The notes: generated by a model not told the origin, from the sequence alone. DNA of 64,000 bases from Burkholderiales bacterium (GCA_021299735.1 JAJTEM010000016.1:63479-127478); one strand, 5' to 3'; shown: positions 54,061-63,494, counted from the first letter of the stretch. Program-made: numbers and translations.

Positions 54061-55401
54061 ATGAGTAACGCCCCCAGCAACGACGACCTTTCCATGAACA
54101 GCCAAACCTTTGTTCAGTGGCTGCGAACTGTTGCACCTTACATTCATGCCTTTCGAGGCAAAACCTTTGTGGTGGCCGTGGATGGCGAGCTGGCCTATCA
54201 AGGCTACCTGAATTCACTGGCGCAAGACTTATCGCTGTTGCATGCCATGGGCATGCGAATCGTGCTTGTGTGTGGTTCCCGCCCGCAGGTTGAGGAACAA
54301 CTGGCCTTGCGCAATATTCAGCCAGCATTTCACAAAGGCTGGCGAATTACCGACAAAGGCGCGCTGGAATGTGCAAAAGAAGCGGCAGGCGAATTGCGGC
54401 TTGACATTGAAGCAGCATTTTCGCAAGGCTTGCCCAATACACCCATGGCGCATTCCTCCATGCGAGTTATTTCAGGCAACTTCATTACTGCCCGCCCCAT
54501 GGGTATTCTGGACGGCGTTGATTTGCAGCACACCGGCCTGGTTAGAAAAATTGACGTAACCGCCATTCAGATGAGCTTGAACAGCAGCGCAATTGTGCTG
54601 TTATCAACGATTGGTTTTTCGCCAACGGGTGAAGCTTTTAATTTGAGCATGGAAGACGTGGCCACCAGCACCGCGCGCGCAATCAAGGCCGACAAGCTTA
54701 TTTTTGTAAGCCAGATCGAAGGGATTTTCGACAAAAGTGGCAAGCTGCTCGAAGAGCTTGAACTGGACCGTGCACGGGAGATCATGCTTCAAGAAGAATT
54801 GCCCGAGCTAACCAAAGATTACCTGGAGTGCTGCATTCTGGCGGTGCAAGGTGGTGTAGGCCGAGCCCACATTGTGCCGCTGAATCTGGACGGCGGTGTG
54901 ATGCTGGAACTGTTCTCGCACGATGGTGTGGGCACCATGGTTTCCGAAGAGAACCTTGAAAGTTTGCGCCAAGCAACGCTAGACGATTCAGGTGGTATTA
55001 AAACCCTGATTGAACCGCTTGAAATGGCAGGTATTTTGGTACGCCGTGGTCGAGATCGCATTGAGCGCGACATCGACCACTTTACCGTGCTTGAACACGA
55101 CGGAATTTTGTGGGGCTGCGCGGCCATGTACCCTTACCATGCCGAGGGTGTTGCCGAATTGGCCTGCCTTGTAGTGCACCCTTCCTGGCAAGGCACAGGC
55201 GACGGTGAACGCTTGCTGAAAAAAATTGAACACGACGCGCGCAAACAAGGCCTGAAACAATTGTTCGTGCTCACCACGCAAACCTCGCACTTTTTCTTGA
55301 AGCGTGGTTTTGCCGTGGGCGATGTGGACAAGTTGCCAATTGAACGAAAACGCCTGTATGACTGGAACCGAAAGTCTCAAGTCTTGATTAAAACGCTTTG
55401 A
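54061..55401 (+). CDS. argA: amino-acid N-acetyltransferase (N-acetylglutamate synthase)
   Basis: The 446-aa product has an N-terminal amino-acid kinase fold and a C-terminal GNAT domain (VHPSWQGTGDGERLL). Confidence 0.95.
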   Translation: MSNAPSNDDLSMNSQTFVQWLRTVAPYIHAFRGKTFVVAVDGELAYQGYLNSLAQDLSLLHAMGMRIVLVCGSRPQVEEQLALRNIQPAFHKGWRITDKGALECAKEAAGELRLDIEAAFSQGLPNTPMAHSSMRVISGNFITARPMGILDGVDLQHTGLVRKIDVTAIQMSLNSSAIVLLSTIGFSPTGEAFNLSMEDVATSTARAIKADKLIFVSQIEGIFDKSGKLLEELELDRAREIMLQEELPELTKDYLECCILAVQGGVGRAHIVPLNLDGGVMLELFSHDGVGTMVSEENLESLRQATLDDSGGIKTLIEPLEMAGILVRRGRDRIERDIDHFTVLEHDGILWGCAAMYPYHAEGVAELACLVVHPSWQGTGDGERLLKKIEHDARKQGLKQLFVLTTQTSHFFLKRGFAVGDVDKLPIERKRLYDWNRKSQVLIKTL

Positions 55402-55432
55402 AAAACGCACAATAAGCATACAAGGCGCATAC

Positions 55433-56635
55433 ATGAGTACTTTTAAAAACAAGCCAGCCACACACGGCCCAAACACTGAAATCATTCACTCAAAACCGGT
55501 CAGCAGCGAGGGCTTTGCAGCCCTGCCTGTTCCCGTGTACCGGGGTTCTAGCACTTTTTTTGAAAACACTGCGGCGCAACGCGCGGCGGTGAACCCGCTT
55601 GGGCTTGACTACAGCTATGGCCTGCACGGCAACCCCACGCAGTACACGCTGGCAAAACAACTGGCTGAAATAGAGGGCGCCACACATGCACTGGTATGCC
55701 CTTCCGGGCTGACTGCAATCGCTTTGGTGGCCCAGGCTTGCCTTAAAAGCGGTGACCACTGGCTAATTCCGGAAAATGTTTATGGCCCGGTGCAGGCGTT
55801 GGCGCGCAGCCTGCAGGCGGACTATGGCGTGGAATTTTCTGAATATGACCCATGCGATGCCACCACTGTAGCCGCAGGCTTGCGTGCCAACACTCGGCTT
55901 GTGTGGTCAGAGGCACCAGGTTCGCTCACGTTTGAAATACCCGACCTGCAAACCATACTGGCAATGGCCAAGGCCCACGGCGCACGCACCGGCATTGATA
56001 ATACCTGGGCTGCAGGCATTGCCTACAAGCCTTTCGAGCATGGTTTTGACTTCAGCGTGCAGGCCTTGACCAAATACCAGTGTGGACATGCCGATGTGTT
56101 GATGGGTGCTGTACTAAGCAACAATACCAAAGCTTTTGCTGATGTTGAGCGCAAAAACCGACTATTAGGATTGGGAGTATCACCGGCCGATTGCGACCTG
56201 GTGTTGCGTGGCCTGCTTACCTTGCCCTTGCGTTACAAACAGCAGGCGGAAAATGGTTTGAAGGTGGCAACAGCTTTGAAGCAGCACCCCGCGATTGCGC
56301 GAGTGCTTCACCCTGAATTTCCGGAGTGCCCGGGCCATTCATTCTACAAACGCGATTTCAACGGCTTTGCCAGTATTTTTTCAGTGGTGTTGAACGCGCA
56401 ATACACAGATGAACAAGCCTGTGCAATTGTCGACAGGCTGAAGTTATTCAAAATTGCCTATTCCTGGGGTGGCCCGGAAAGTTTGGGGCTGGTGGTCAAC
56501 ATTCCCGACAGCAGAAGGCGCCACCTTGCAGACCACCAAGGCCAGTGTGGGCCAATACTTCGCTTGGCAATTGGCCTTGAGGAACCAGAAGATTTGATTG
56601 CAGACCTTAACCAGGCACTTGCCGCGTTAATTTAA
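55433..56635 (+). CDS. metC: cystathionine beta-lyase (PLP, Cys/Met metabolism family)
   Basis: The 400-aa product contains SGLTAI and ALTKYQCGHADVLMG (PLP lysine region). Confidence 0.88.
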   Translation: MSTFKNKPATHGPNTEIIHSKPVSSEGFAALPVPVYRGSSTFFENTAAQRAAVNPLGLDYSYGLHGNPTQYTLAKQLAEIEGATHALVCPSGLTAIALVAQACLKSGDHWLIPENVYGPVQALARSLQADYGVEFSEYDPCDATTVAAGLRANTRLVWSEAPGSLTFEIPDLQTILAMAKAHGARTGIDNTWAAGIAYKPFEHGFDFSVQALTKYQCGHADVLMGAVLSNNTKAFADVERKNRLLGLGVSPADCDLVLRGLLTLPLRYKQQAENGLKVATALKQHPAIARVLHPEFPECPGHSFYKRDFNGFASIFSVVLNAQYTDEQACAIVDRLKLFKIAYSWGGPESLGLVVNIPDSRRRHLADHQGQCGPILRLAIGLEEPEDLIADLNQALAALI

Positions 56636-56642
56636 AGCCGGT

Positions 56643-57701
56643 TCAGGACCAAGAAGCTTCATCACCGTTCAGAAAGCGCTGCATGACTGGCAAAATCTTC
56701 ATAAGCCGGTCTTTGAATAATGTGTCGTGCGTTGTGCTGGGGTGTTTGCCAAACGTAGTTTGGAGCATGAAATCTTCGCCAAAATATCGGCAACATTGTT
56801 CGAATGCGTGCTTGCAGTCGCTCCATTCAAACGACGAGAACACAGGCTCAGGTATTGGTTCTATTGAATTGCACACGTGGTGAAAAGGTCCATCGACCAA
56901 CGTGAAGAAAGTGATAACGTGAATCCCGGAAAGCGGTTCATTGAGCAAGTTGGCGATGTCTTCTACACCGAGTGACGCAAGGGCACTGACGTTTTCGTAC
57001 ATTCTCAAAACCTCAGTGAGAAGGCCGGCCGGCTTCAGATCGGGGTGATTCAGCCGAACTTTCAACAACACTGGCAAGCCTTCACTGTTGTAAACCATTG
57101 TGGTTGGAGTAATGCTAGGTACCCCTTTGGTGTTCGCAATGCTGGGAACCAGATCGTCGTAATTCAGGAACTGTATTTTGGAAAGCGTATCGACCAATTG
57201 CATTTCATCATCAACCAGTTCACCCAGCTGGGCACGCACCGCTTGGTCAGCCCGGATAAGGGTATAAGCCACCGCACAGGCAGACAACGCGAAGTCATCT
57301 CCACGGTCGTAAGCCTTGATCACCCGGCTTGACCCAACCAGTTGCAGAAGTGACAAAGCGTCGGTATCACCCCACATGGAATACATTTCTTGGGCAAGCA
57401 TCCTGGCCTCGCCCAACACCTGGGTAAAGTGCGGCTTCGAGTTGTTTTTCCCCAAGCTTGATTGCCACCCCGGCAACAACTTCAGCCGGGAAATTTGACC
57501 TATTAATGTGGGGTGTGCCTTTGGCGAACGGCCTAAACTACCAGGATTAAAGTCAGGCACCACACCTTCATCCCCCAAAGCCATCCACAAATTGCTAGTG
57601 GTGCGTGCCAAATTGCTTTGAGGCAAGTAGGCGGCAGCGCCAAACTGGAGCTGCCTGCCGGGCGCTGCAAAAGCGCTCGGCCGATTGGAATTAGAAAGCA
57701 T
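56643..57701 (-). CDS. hypothetical protein (352 aa), no recognisable domain
   Basis: Its ATG lies 20 nt downstream of the decarboxylase stop on the same strand. The N-terminus is Ser/Pro/Asn-rich with no acidic residue before about position 44. There is no signal peptide or TM segment. The C-terminal part is Cys/His-containing (HHVCNS, WSDCKHAFEQCCRYF). Confidence 0.6.
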   Translation of the reverse strand: MLSNSNRPSAFAAPGRQLQFGAAAYLPQSNLARTTSNLWMALGDEGVVPDFNPGSLGRSPKAHPTLIGQISRLKLLPGWQSSLGKNNSKPHFTQVLGEARMLAQEMYSMWGDTDALSLLQLVGSSRVIKAYDRGDDFALSACAVAYTLIRADQAVRAQLGELVDDEMQLVDTLSKIQFLNYDDLVPSIANTKGVPSITPTTMVYNSEGLPVLLKVRLNHPDLKPAGLLTEVLRMYENVSALASLGVEDIANLLNEPLSGIHVITFFTLVDGPFHHVCNSIEPIPEPVFSSFEWSDCKHAFEQCCRYFGEDFMLQTTFGKHPSTTHDTLFKDRLMKILPVMQRFLNGDEASWS

Positions 57702-57721
57702 TGCTCAGACCTTGTTTACAC

Positions 57722-59977
57722 CTAAGCTTTCACGCAATCCACAAAGTAGCTAACGTTGCCCTGCTCATCTTCAATTTCGACCAAACCGTGAATATCCGTT
57801 TCAAAGCCGGGGAACTGCTTGTTGAAATCGCGCGCAAAACGCAAATAATCAACAATCGTGGCATTGAAAATTTCGCCGGGAATCAACAGCGGAATGCCCG
57901 GTGGGTAAGGTGTCAATAAGGCAGAGGTAATGCGCCCTTCCAATTCGTCAATTGCCACACGTTCAATTTCACGGTGTGCCACTTTGGCGTAGGCATCGGC
58001 GGGCACCATGGCAGGCTGCATGTCACTGAGATACATTTCAGTGGTTAAACGCGCCACGTCTTTCTTGCGATACATGTCGTGAATGGTGTTGCACAGGTCG
58101 CGCAAGCCAACTCGCTCGTAGCGCGGGTATGCCTGGCAGAACTCGGGAATAACACGCCACAGCGGCTGGTTCTTGTCGTAATCGTCTTTGAACTGCTGCA
58201 GGGCAGTAACCAGGGTGTTCCAACGGCCCTTGGTAATGCCGATGGTGAACATGATAAAGAATGAATACAGCCCTGTTTTTTCAACAATTACACCGTGCTC
58301 AGCCAGGTATTTGGTCACAATTGAGGCAGGAATGCCTTCATCGGAAAACTGGCCATTCACATCCAGACCCGGATTAACAATGGTTGCCTTGATCGGGTCG
58401 AGCATGTTAAAGCCGTTGGCCATTTTGCCAAAACCATGCCAAGTGTCGGTGGAATGGATAAGCCAGTCTTCGCGGGGGCTCATACCCTCTTCGCTCAATA
58501 CATCAGGGCCCCACACTTTAAACCACCAGTCGTCCCCGAACTCCTCAGAAACCTTGCGCATGGCGCGGCGGAAATCGAGCGCCTCCATGATGCTTTCCTC
58601 AACAAGGGCGGTGCCACCAGGTGGCTCCATCATGGCCGCAGCCACGTCGCAGCTTGCAATAATCGCGTATTGCGGGCTGGTGGAGGTGTGCATCAAATAA
58701 GCTTCATTGAAAATATGGCGATCCAGTTTCCGGTTTTCACTTTCCTGAACCAGAATTTGTGAAGCCTGCGACAAACCAGCCAGCATTTTGTGTGTAGATT
58801 GCGTTGCAAACACAAGAGAATCCTTGGTGCGCGGGCGGTCGCGACCAATCGCATGCATGTCTTTGTACATGGGGTGGAAACTGGCGTGTGGCAACCATGC
58901 TTCGTCAAAGTGCAAGGTATCAATCTCTGACCCCAGCACGTCCTTGATCATTTCCACGTTGTACAAAACACCATCATAGGTGCTCTGGGTAATGGTCAAA
59001 ATGCGGGGCTTCTTGTTTTTGGCCTTGCTGGCAAACGGATGGCTGGCAATTTTCTTGGCAATGCTTTCCGGCTTGAATTCATCAAGCGGAATTGGACCAA
59101 TAATTCCCAGATGGTTGCGCGTGGGGGTCAGGAACACCGGAATGGCGCCGGTCATGGTAATGGAGTGCAAAATTGATTTGTGGCAATTGCGGTCTACAAC
59201 CACGATGTCGCCGGGCGCCACGTTGGCATGCCACACCATTTTGTTGGAAGTCGATGTGCCGTTAGTGACAAAGAAACAGTGATCTGCGTTGAAAATACGG
59301 GCTGCATTGCGCTCGGAAGCGGCAACCGGACCGGTGTGGTCCAGCAATTGGCCAAGTTCATCCACCGCGTTACACACATCGGCACGCAGCATGTTTTCAC
59401 CAAAAAACTGGTGGAACATTTGCCCCACCGGGCTTTTCAGAAAAGCCACGCCACCTGAATGGCCGGGGCAATGCCAAGAGTACGAGCCATCTTGCGCATA
59501 GTGAACCAATGCACGGAAAAACGGTGGCGCCAGTGAATCCAGGTAGCTTTTTGCCTCCCGAATAATGTGGCGTGCCACGAATTCAGGCGTATCCTCGAAC
59601 ATGTGAATAAAGCCATGCAATTCTTTCAGAATGGCATTGGGAATATGGCGCGAAGTGCGGGTCTCGCCGTACAAGTAAATTGGAATATCCGCGTTTTTAA
59701 AGCGAATTTCCTGAACAAAATTGTTTAAATTTTGCAGGGCGTCTTCAATTTCCTTCTTGCTGCCCAAGCCGAATTCTTCATCATCAATCGACAGAATAAA
59801 AGCACTGGCCCGGCTTTGTTGCTGTGCAAACTGGGAAAGATCGTGATAACTCGTAACTCCCAATACCTCTACGCCCTCTTTCTCGATAGCGTCTGCCAGG
59901 GCGCGAATGCCGAGACCGGATGCGTTCTCGGAGCGGAAATCTTCGTCAATAATGACAATGGGAAAACGAAATTTCAT
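57722..59977 (-). CDS. Orn/Lys/Arg decarboxylase, wing-domain (LdcA/AdiA-like) family, PLP-dependent
   Basis: The 751-aa product has an N-terminal wing domain (MKFRFPIVIIDEDF...). The major domain contains TNGTSTSNK and the PLP-lysine region (STHKMLAGLSQ). A C-terminal domain completes it. Confidence 0.92.
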   Translation of the reverse strand: MKFRFPIVIIDEDFRSENASGLGIRALADAIEKEGVEVLGVTSYHDLSQFAQQQSRASAFILSIDDEEFGLGSKKEIEDALQNLNNFVQEIRFKNADIPIYLYGETRTSRHIPNAILKELHGFIHMFEDTPEFVARHIIREAKSYLDSLAPPFFRALVHYAQDGSYSWHCPGHSGGVAFLKSPVGQMFHQFFGENMLRADVCNAVDELGQLLDHTGPVAASERNAARIFNADHCFFVTNGTSTSNKMVWHANVAPGDIVVVDRNCHKSILHSITMTGAIPVFLTPTRNHLGIIGPIPLDEFKPESIAKKIASHPFASKAKNKKPRILTITQSTYDGVLYNVEMIKDVLGSEIDTLHFDEAWLPHASFHPMYKDMHAIGRDRPRTKDSLVFATQSTHKMLAGLSQASQILVQESENRKLDRHIFNEAYLMHTSTSPQYAIIASCDVAAAMMEPPGGTALVEESIMEALDFRRAMRKVSEEFGDDWWFKVWGPDVLSEEGMSPREDWLIHSTDTWHGFGKMANGFNMLDPIKATIVNPGLDVNGQFSDEGIPASIVTKYLAEHGVIVEKTGLYSFFIMFTIGITKGRWNTLVTALQQFKDDYDKNQPLWRVIPEFCQAYPRYERVGLRDLCNTIHDMYRKKDVARLTTEMYLSDMQPAMVPADAYAKVAHREIERVAIDELEGRITSALLTPYPPGIPLLIPGEIFNATIVDYLRFARDFNKQFPGFETDIHGLVEIEDEQGNVSYFVDCVKA

Positions 59978-60144
59978 TGATCTTCCTGTGATCGGGGTTC
60001 AACACAAAACAAGGCTGCATTATCCACTACGCGGCCCCCTGTTCCAAGTCTTATTGTCACGCTTTTATCCCTACATATAGTGATGTCACATAATTGTCAT
60101 CGTTGAACTGTTAAATTTCAAATTTAACCGCCCGAATACATCGA

Positions 60145-61281
60145 ATGCCGATTGGTCCCGTATCAGCCACAGGTTACAGTTTTTCGGCACGCACCGAACC
60201 GGCTCGCCCTGCCCGCGCTTTTACCAAGCGGCTTAATCACTACATGCGCAGCTTCGACGTGTCTTACGAGAGAGTCGCCAAGGTACGGGCCAAAGTATTG
60301 AATCGAACTGGCCATGTACATTCGTTCGACAGGGGATTAAGTTTTCCTGAGCAATTCAGGAATCCTGGTATTCGCGCCTTGATTCATGCGGCCAAGCATC
60401 TCGAGGAAATCGCTGAGGGGATTTCCGACATATCAGGGCTAACAGAACGAGTAACGAGAAACATTATTTCATCAGGAGAAAAACCTGACATCGCTTTGGT
60501 GATCGCCTCAGCAGTGGGCCGAATCCTTTCGGGCTTTATGAGTGCACCGGGCTTTGCTGTGCACAAGGCGATTGGATTGGGCTTCTTTGGTGTTTCCACC
60601 ATATTAAGTATGGCTGCCCTCGGCTTGATCAAAGCCGGGCTTGGAGAAAAAAGAACTGAAATCGAAATTGCTGACGCTTTAAAAAAATCAAACTTCGATT
60701 CAAGCGCTTATCTTTTCATCGCCAGAAAACTTCTTGCGCGCAAAGAAAAAATGCTCGAAACAATACTGGACAGGACGGACACTTCGACAAGTAAGCCGAG
60801 TAGCGCTATACAAAGATGGGCCAAGTACATGTCCAGGAAACAATCCTCGGTTCCAGCGCATTTGGTGTCGAAACGCAAAGCAAACTGCAATTACATTTGG
60901 CAAAACCTGCATCAATACGGCCCAGTTACACGGTCTTTAATGCACATCGCTTATGGCACATTTCAAGGCGTCAACAAACTGGGAGGGTCTTTTGACAAGC
61001 ATCTTGGCGCGGCCATAGGAAGAAACATACTGCGTCACAAGCTGGGCGGTATTCTCGGCGGTCGGGTCGGTATGGCGGTTGGAACAGGCATGGCAGTGGC
61101 AATTTCTATCCCGTTGGCACCGCTCGTGGTTAGCGTCTCTTCAATCAGCGCGATGGCCTGTAGCGTTGCCTTGCTGGCCTTGGTATTGGCCAAGTTGAAT
61201 GTTCAACTCACCAATGACTGGGAAGGAAACATTCAAAAACCTTTGCGCCGTCAGGTTTTAGGCAGGGTAACACCCACCTGA
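60145..61281 (+). CDS. hypothetical membrane protein (378 aa) with two hydrophobic hairpins
   Basis: It is the only long ORF in an otherwise empty 1.27-kb gap. The hydrophobic blocks are [47 protein letters not shown] and [52 protein letters not shown]. Its codon usage is atypical. Its 3' end overlaps the dcd 3' end by 31 nt. The start is uncertain because there is no clear SD. Confidence 0.55.
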   Translation: MPIGPVSATGYSFSARTEPARPARAFTKRLNHYMRSFDVSYERVAKVRAKVLNRTGHVHSFDRGLSFPEQFRNPGIRALIHAAKHLEEIAEGISDISGLTERVTRNIISSGEKPDIALVIASAVGRILSGFMSAPGFAVHKAIGLGFFGVSTILSMAALGLIKAGLGEKRTEIEIADALKKSNFDSSAYLFIARKLLARKEKMLETILDRTDTSTSKPSSAIQRWAKYMSRKQSSVPAHLVSKRKANCNYIWQNLHQYGPVTRSLMHIAYGTFQGVNKLGGSFDKHLGAAIGRNILRHKLGGILGGRVGMAVGTGMAVAISIPLAPLVVSVSSISAMACSVALLALVLAKLNVQLTNDWEGNIQKPLRRQVLGRVTPT

Positions 61282-61817
61282 CCTTGATATTTGCCGCCCC
61301 GATCCCGGTAAGACGTTTCGCAAACCTCATCACTTTCGAAAAAGAGCACCTGTGCGCAACCCTCACCTGCGTATATTTTTGCAGGTAGGGGTGTGGTGTT
61401 CGAAAACTCAAGTGTCACATACCCTTCCCACTCAGGCTCGAAAGGAGTTACGTTGACGATAATGCCGCAGCGTGCATAGGTGCTTTTCCCGAGGCAAATG
61501 GTAAGCACATTGCGCGGAATGCGAAAATATTCAACCGTACGAGCCAAGGCGAACGAGTTTGGTGGAATGATGCACACATCGCCTTTGAAATCCACGAAAC
61601 TTTTTTCGTCAAAATTTTTAGGATCTACTATGGTGCTGTTGATGTTGGTGAAAATCTTGAATTCGTTGGCGCAACGAATATCGTAACCATAGCTGGATGT
61701 TCCATAAGACACGATTCTTTTGTCGCCAGCATAACGAACCTGGCCGGGCTCAAAGGGTTCGATCATCCCGGTGTTCTCAGCCATTCGGCGAATCCATTTG
61801 TCCGATTTTATGCTCAT
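61251..61817 (-). CDS. dcd: dCTP deaminase
   Basis: [14 protein letters not shown]... runs to ...[14 protein letters not shown]. It is collinear over its full length (188 aa) with the beta/gammaproteobacterial Dcd I recall. The start is at 61817, the second ATG of the ORF. Confidence 0.96.
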   Translation of the reverse strand: MSIKSDKWIRRMAENTGMIEPFEPGQVRYAGDKRIVSYGTSSYGYDIRCANEFKIFTNINSTIVDPKNFDEKSFVDFKGDVCIIPPNSFALARTVEYFRIPRNVLTICLGKSTYARCGIIVNVTPFEPEWEGYVTLEFSNTTPLPAKIYAGEGCAQVLFFESDEVCETSYRDRGGKYQGQVGVTLPKT

Positions 61818-61871
61818 GCTCACTTTGCTTTAATGAAGTTCAATAGGCGAAATGGTACATGAGACAAGACA

Positions 61872-62384
61872 TTACTGATTCATTCCATCGAGAATCTCGG
61901 TTAATTCCTGCATGACTGAATTGGCCAGCGCATCAAAAAATACCTGAATCAAGTTGGCCAATTGAGAACCTGTCACTCCTTGAATTGGCAACTGCATCAA
62001 AAACTCGAGGTTTTCCGTTTGCATGTTAATGCCCACCTGGTACTGAAAATCCAGCACGTGAATCATGGCGTGTGCTTCAGCCAAAAAATGCAGGCATATT
62101 TCAGCGGCGTTGGGCTCATTCATGTTGTACAAAGGGAATGCCATTACTACCCACCTGGCATTTTGTGATTCGCCGATGCGAAATGACAGCTCGAACTGCT
62201 CTTTTTTAGCCATGATCACACCCTGACCATCAAACCATTGCATACCGGCCAAGCTTATGGCCTCGTGCAACAGTCTCGTCTCGTCCATCGAAAAGCCTGA
62301 TTCGCCACGAGCGGTGGATGCGGCCGAAGAAGCTGAAGAGGAGGATGAGCGGAACGGGGGACGAGGTATTTGATTATTATTCAT
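61872..62384 (-). CDS. hypothetical acidic protein, secretion-chaperone/YbjN-like pattern
   Basis: The product is 170 aa, or 138 aa from the internal ATG (MDETRLL...). A low-complexity Ser-rich N-terminus precedes a body whose hydrophobic pattern resembles CesT/SycE/YbjN-fold proteins (FELSFRIGE...WVVMAFPLYNM...ICLHFLAEAH...LEFLMQLPIQGVTGSQLANLIQVFFD). It lies 48 nt upstream of dcd on the same strand. Confidence 0.5.
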   Translation of the reverse strand: MNNNQIPRPPFRSSSSSASSAASTARGESGFSMDETRLLHEAISLAGMQWFDGQGVIMAKKEQFELSFRIGESQNARWVVMAFPLYNMNEPNAAEICLHFLAEAHAMIHVLDFQYQVGINMQTENLEFLMQLPIQGVTGSQLANLIQVFFDALANSVMQELTEILDGMNQ

Positions 62385-62457
62385 AAAATAAACAGCCCTT
62401 TTTCTTGAATATTTATTGAGTAGGCGTATACCCAGGAAGGTTCCGCGAATACTTGCG

Positions 62458-63474
62458 TCAGGCCAGCAACTGATGGCGGGAGACCGCTTGAGAAATTGCG
62501 GCCATCATCTCAGTCGAATCAACAAGATGCCCAGTGTTGGGTAGCTCAATCAAGGTTGAACGCAAAACCACCTCCGATAACAACCTTGAGCCACCTGGAG
62601 GGCACACTTGGTCATTCATGCCTTGAATAATTGACAGTGGCCATGTCGCCTGAGCCATATTGCTCAAAAGAAGACCAAAATCGTGAGGTGGCAGAAAGCA
62701 GTCGTGCTTCAAAAAGTGTGCCTGTAAACGATATTTGCGCACCAAGGCAAACTCTTGAACATCGTTTAAAAAAGGCCTTTTGCGATCAAATCTTCCTGCA
62801 TTGCCAGTTAGCAGAGCTGTTTCCAGTTTACTCCAAGCCAATGAAAGTTCAACCAGATGCTCTGGTGTGGCCACATCAAAGCACTCACACACAAAATCGG
62901 TTCTTGAACCTGGACCAAAGTACTCTGCAAAATAATCCGGATCAAATCGCTCAAGCGATTCGAAAAATGCGTCCACTCGCGCGCGCATCGGTAAAAATGG
63001 CGCGCGCAACACCACACTGGCTACTTGAGAGGGGCGATAAGCGGCTAGAGCCATGGCCAATGTGCCGCCCCAAGAGCCCCCCAGAATGTGAAATTTAGGA
63101 ACATTCAATCGATCAGCGACTTCAAGTGCGTCGTCTATGAATCGCTGCAAATCGATTACGCTTAAGTCGAGATCCTCGCTCAAGCCACTATTGCGCTGAT
63201 CAAACCCGAACCAGGGCAAACCTGCAAACCGAAGGGGGGCAACGTGAGATGCGCCAAGGCTTCCGCCCGGCCCACCGTGAAGCACAAGCCAGGGAATTTG
63301 ACGGGCACCATTCAACAAGGACTGGGCCAAACCCTGTTCGGCCCAAACGGCGAGGTTGCCGCCTACATCCAGCATAACTTGCGGGGCTGACCAAACACCA
63401 GCCAACCCCGCTTTGGATGCAGGGCTGGCCACCTTTTGGAAATTTAGTTCATCTTTAGGCACATCAGCCCCCAA
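62458..63474 (-). CDS. alpha/beta hydrolase, proline iminopeptidase-like
   Basis: It has LVLHGGPGG and the GGSWGG nucleophile elbow. The ORF opens at TTG 63474; ATG 63375 (MLDVGGN...) is an alternative start. Confidence 0.75.
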   Translation of the reverse strand: MGADVPKDELNFQKVASPASKAGLAGVWSAPQVMLDVGGNLAVWAEQGLAQSLLNGARQIPWLVLHGGPGGSLGASHVAPLRFAGLPWFGFDQRNSGLSEDLDLSVIDLQRFIDDALEVADRLNVPKFHILGGSWGGTLAMALAAYRPSQVASVVLRAPFLPMRARVDAFFESLERFDPDYFAEYFGPGSRTDFVCECFDVATPEHLVELSLAWSKLETALLTGNAGRFDRKRPFLNDVQEFALVRKYRLQAHFLKHDCFLPPHDFGLLLSNMAQATWPLSIIQGMNDQVCPPGGSRLLSEVVLRSTLIELPNTGHLVDSTEMMAAISQAVSRHQLLA

Positions 63475-63494
63475 GGCGCCCGATAAAGAACGGA

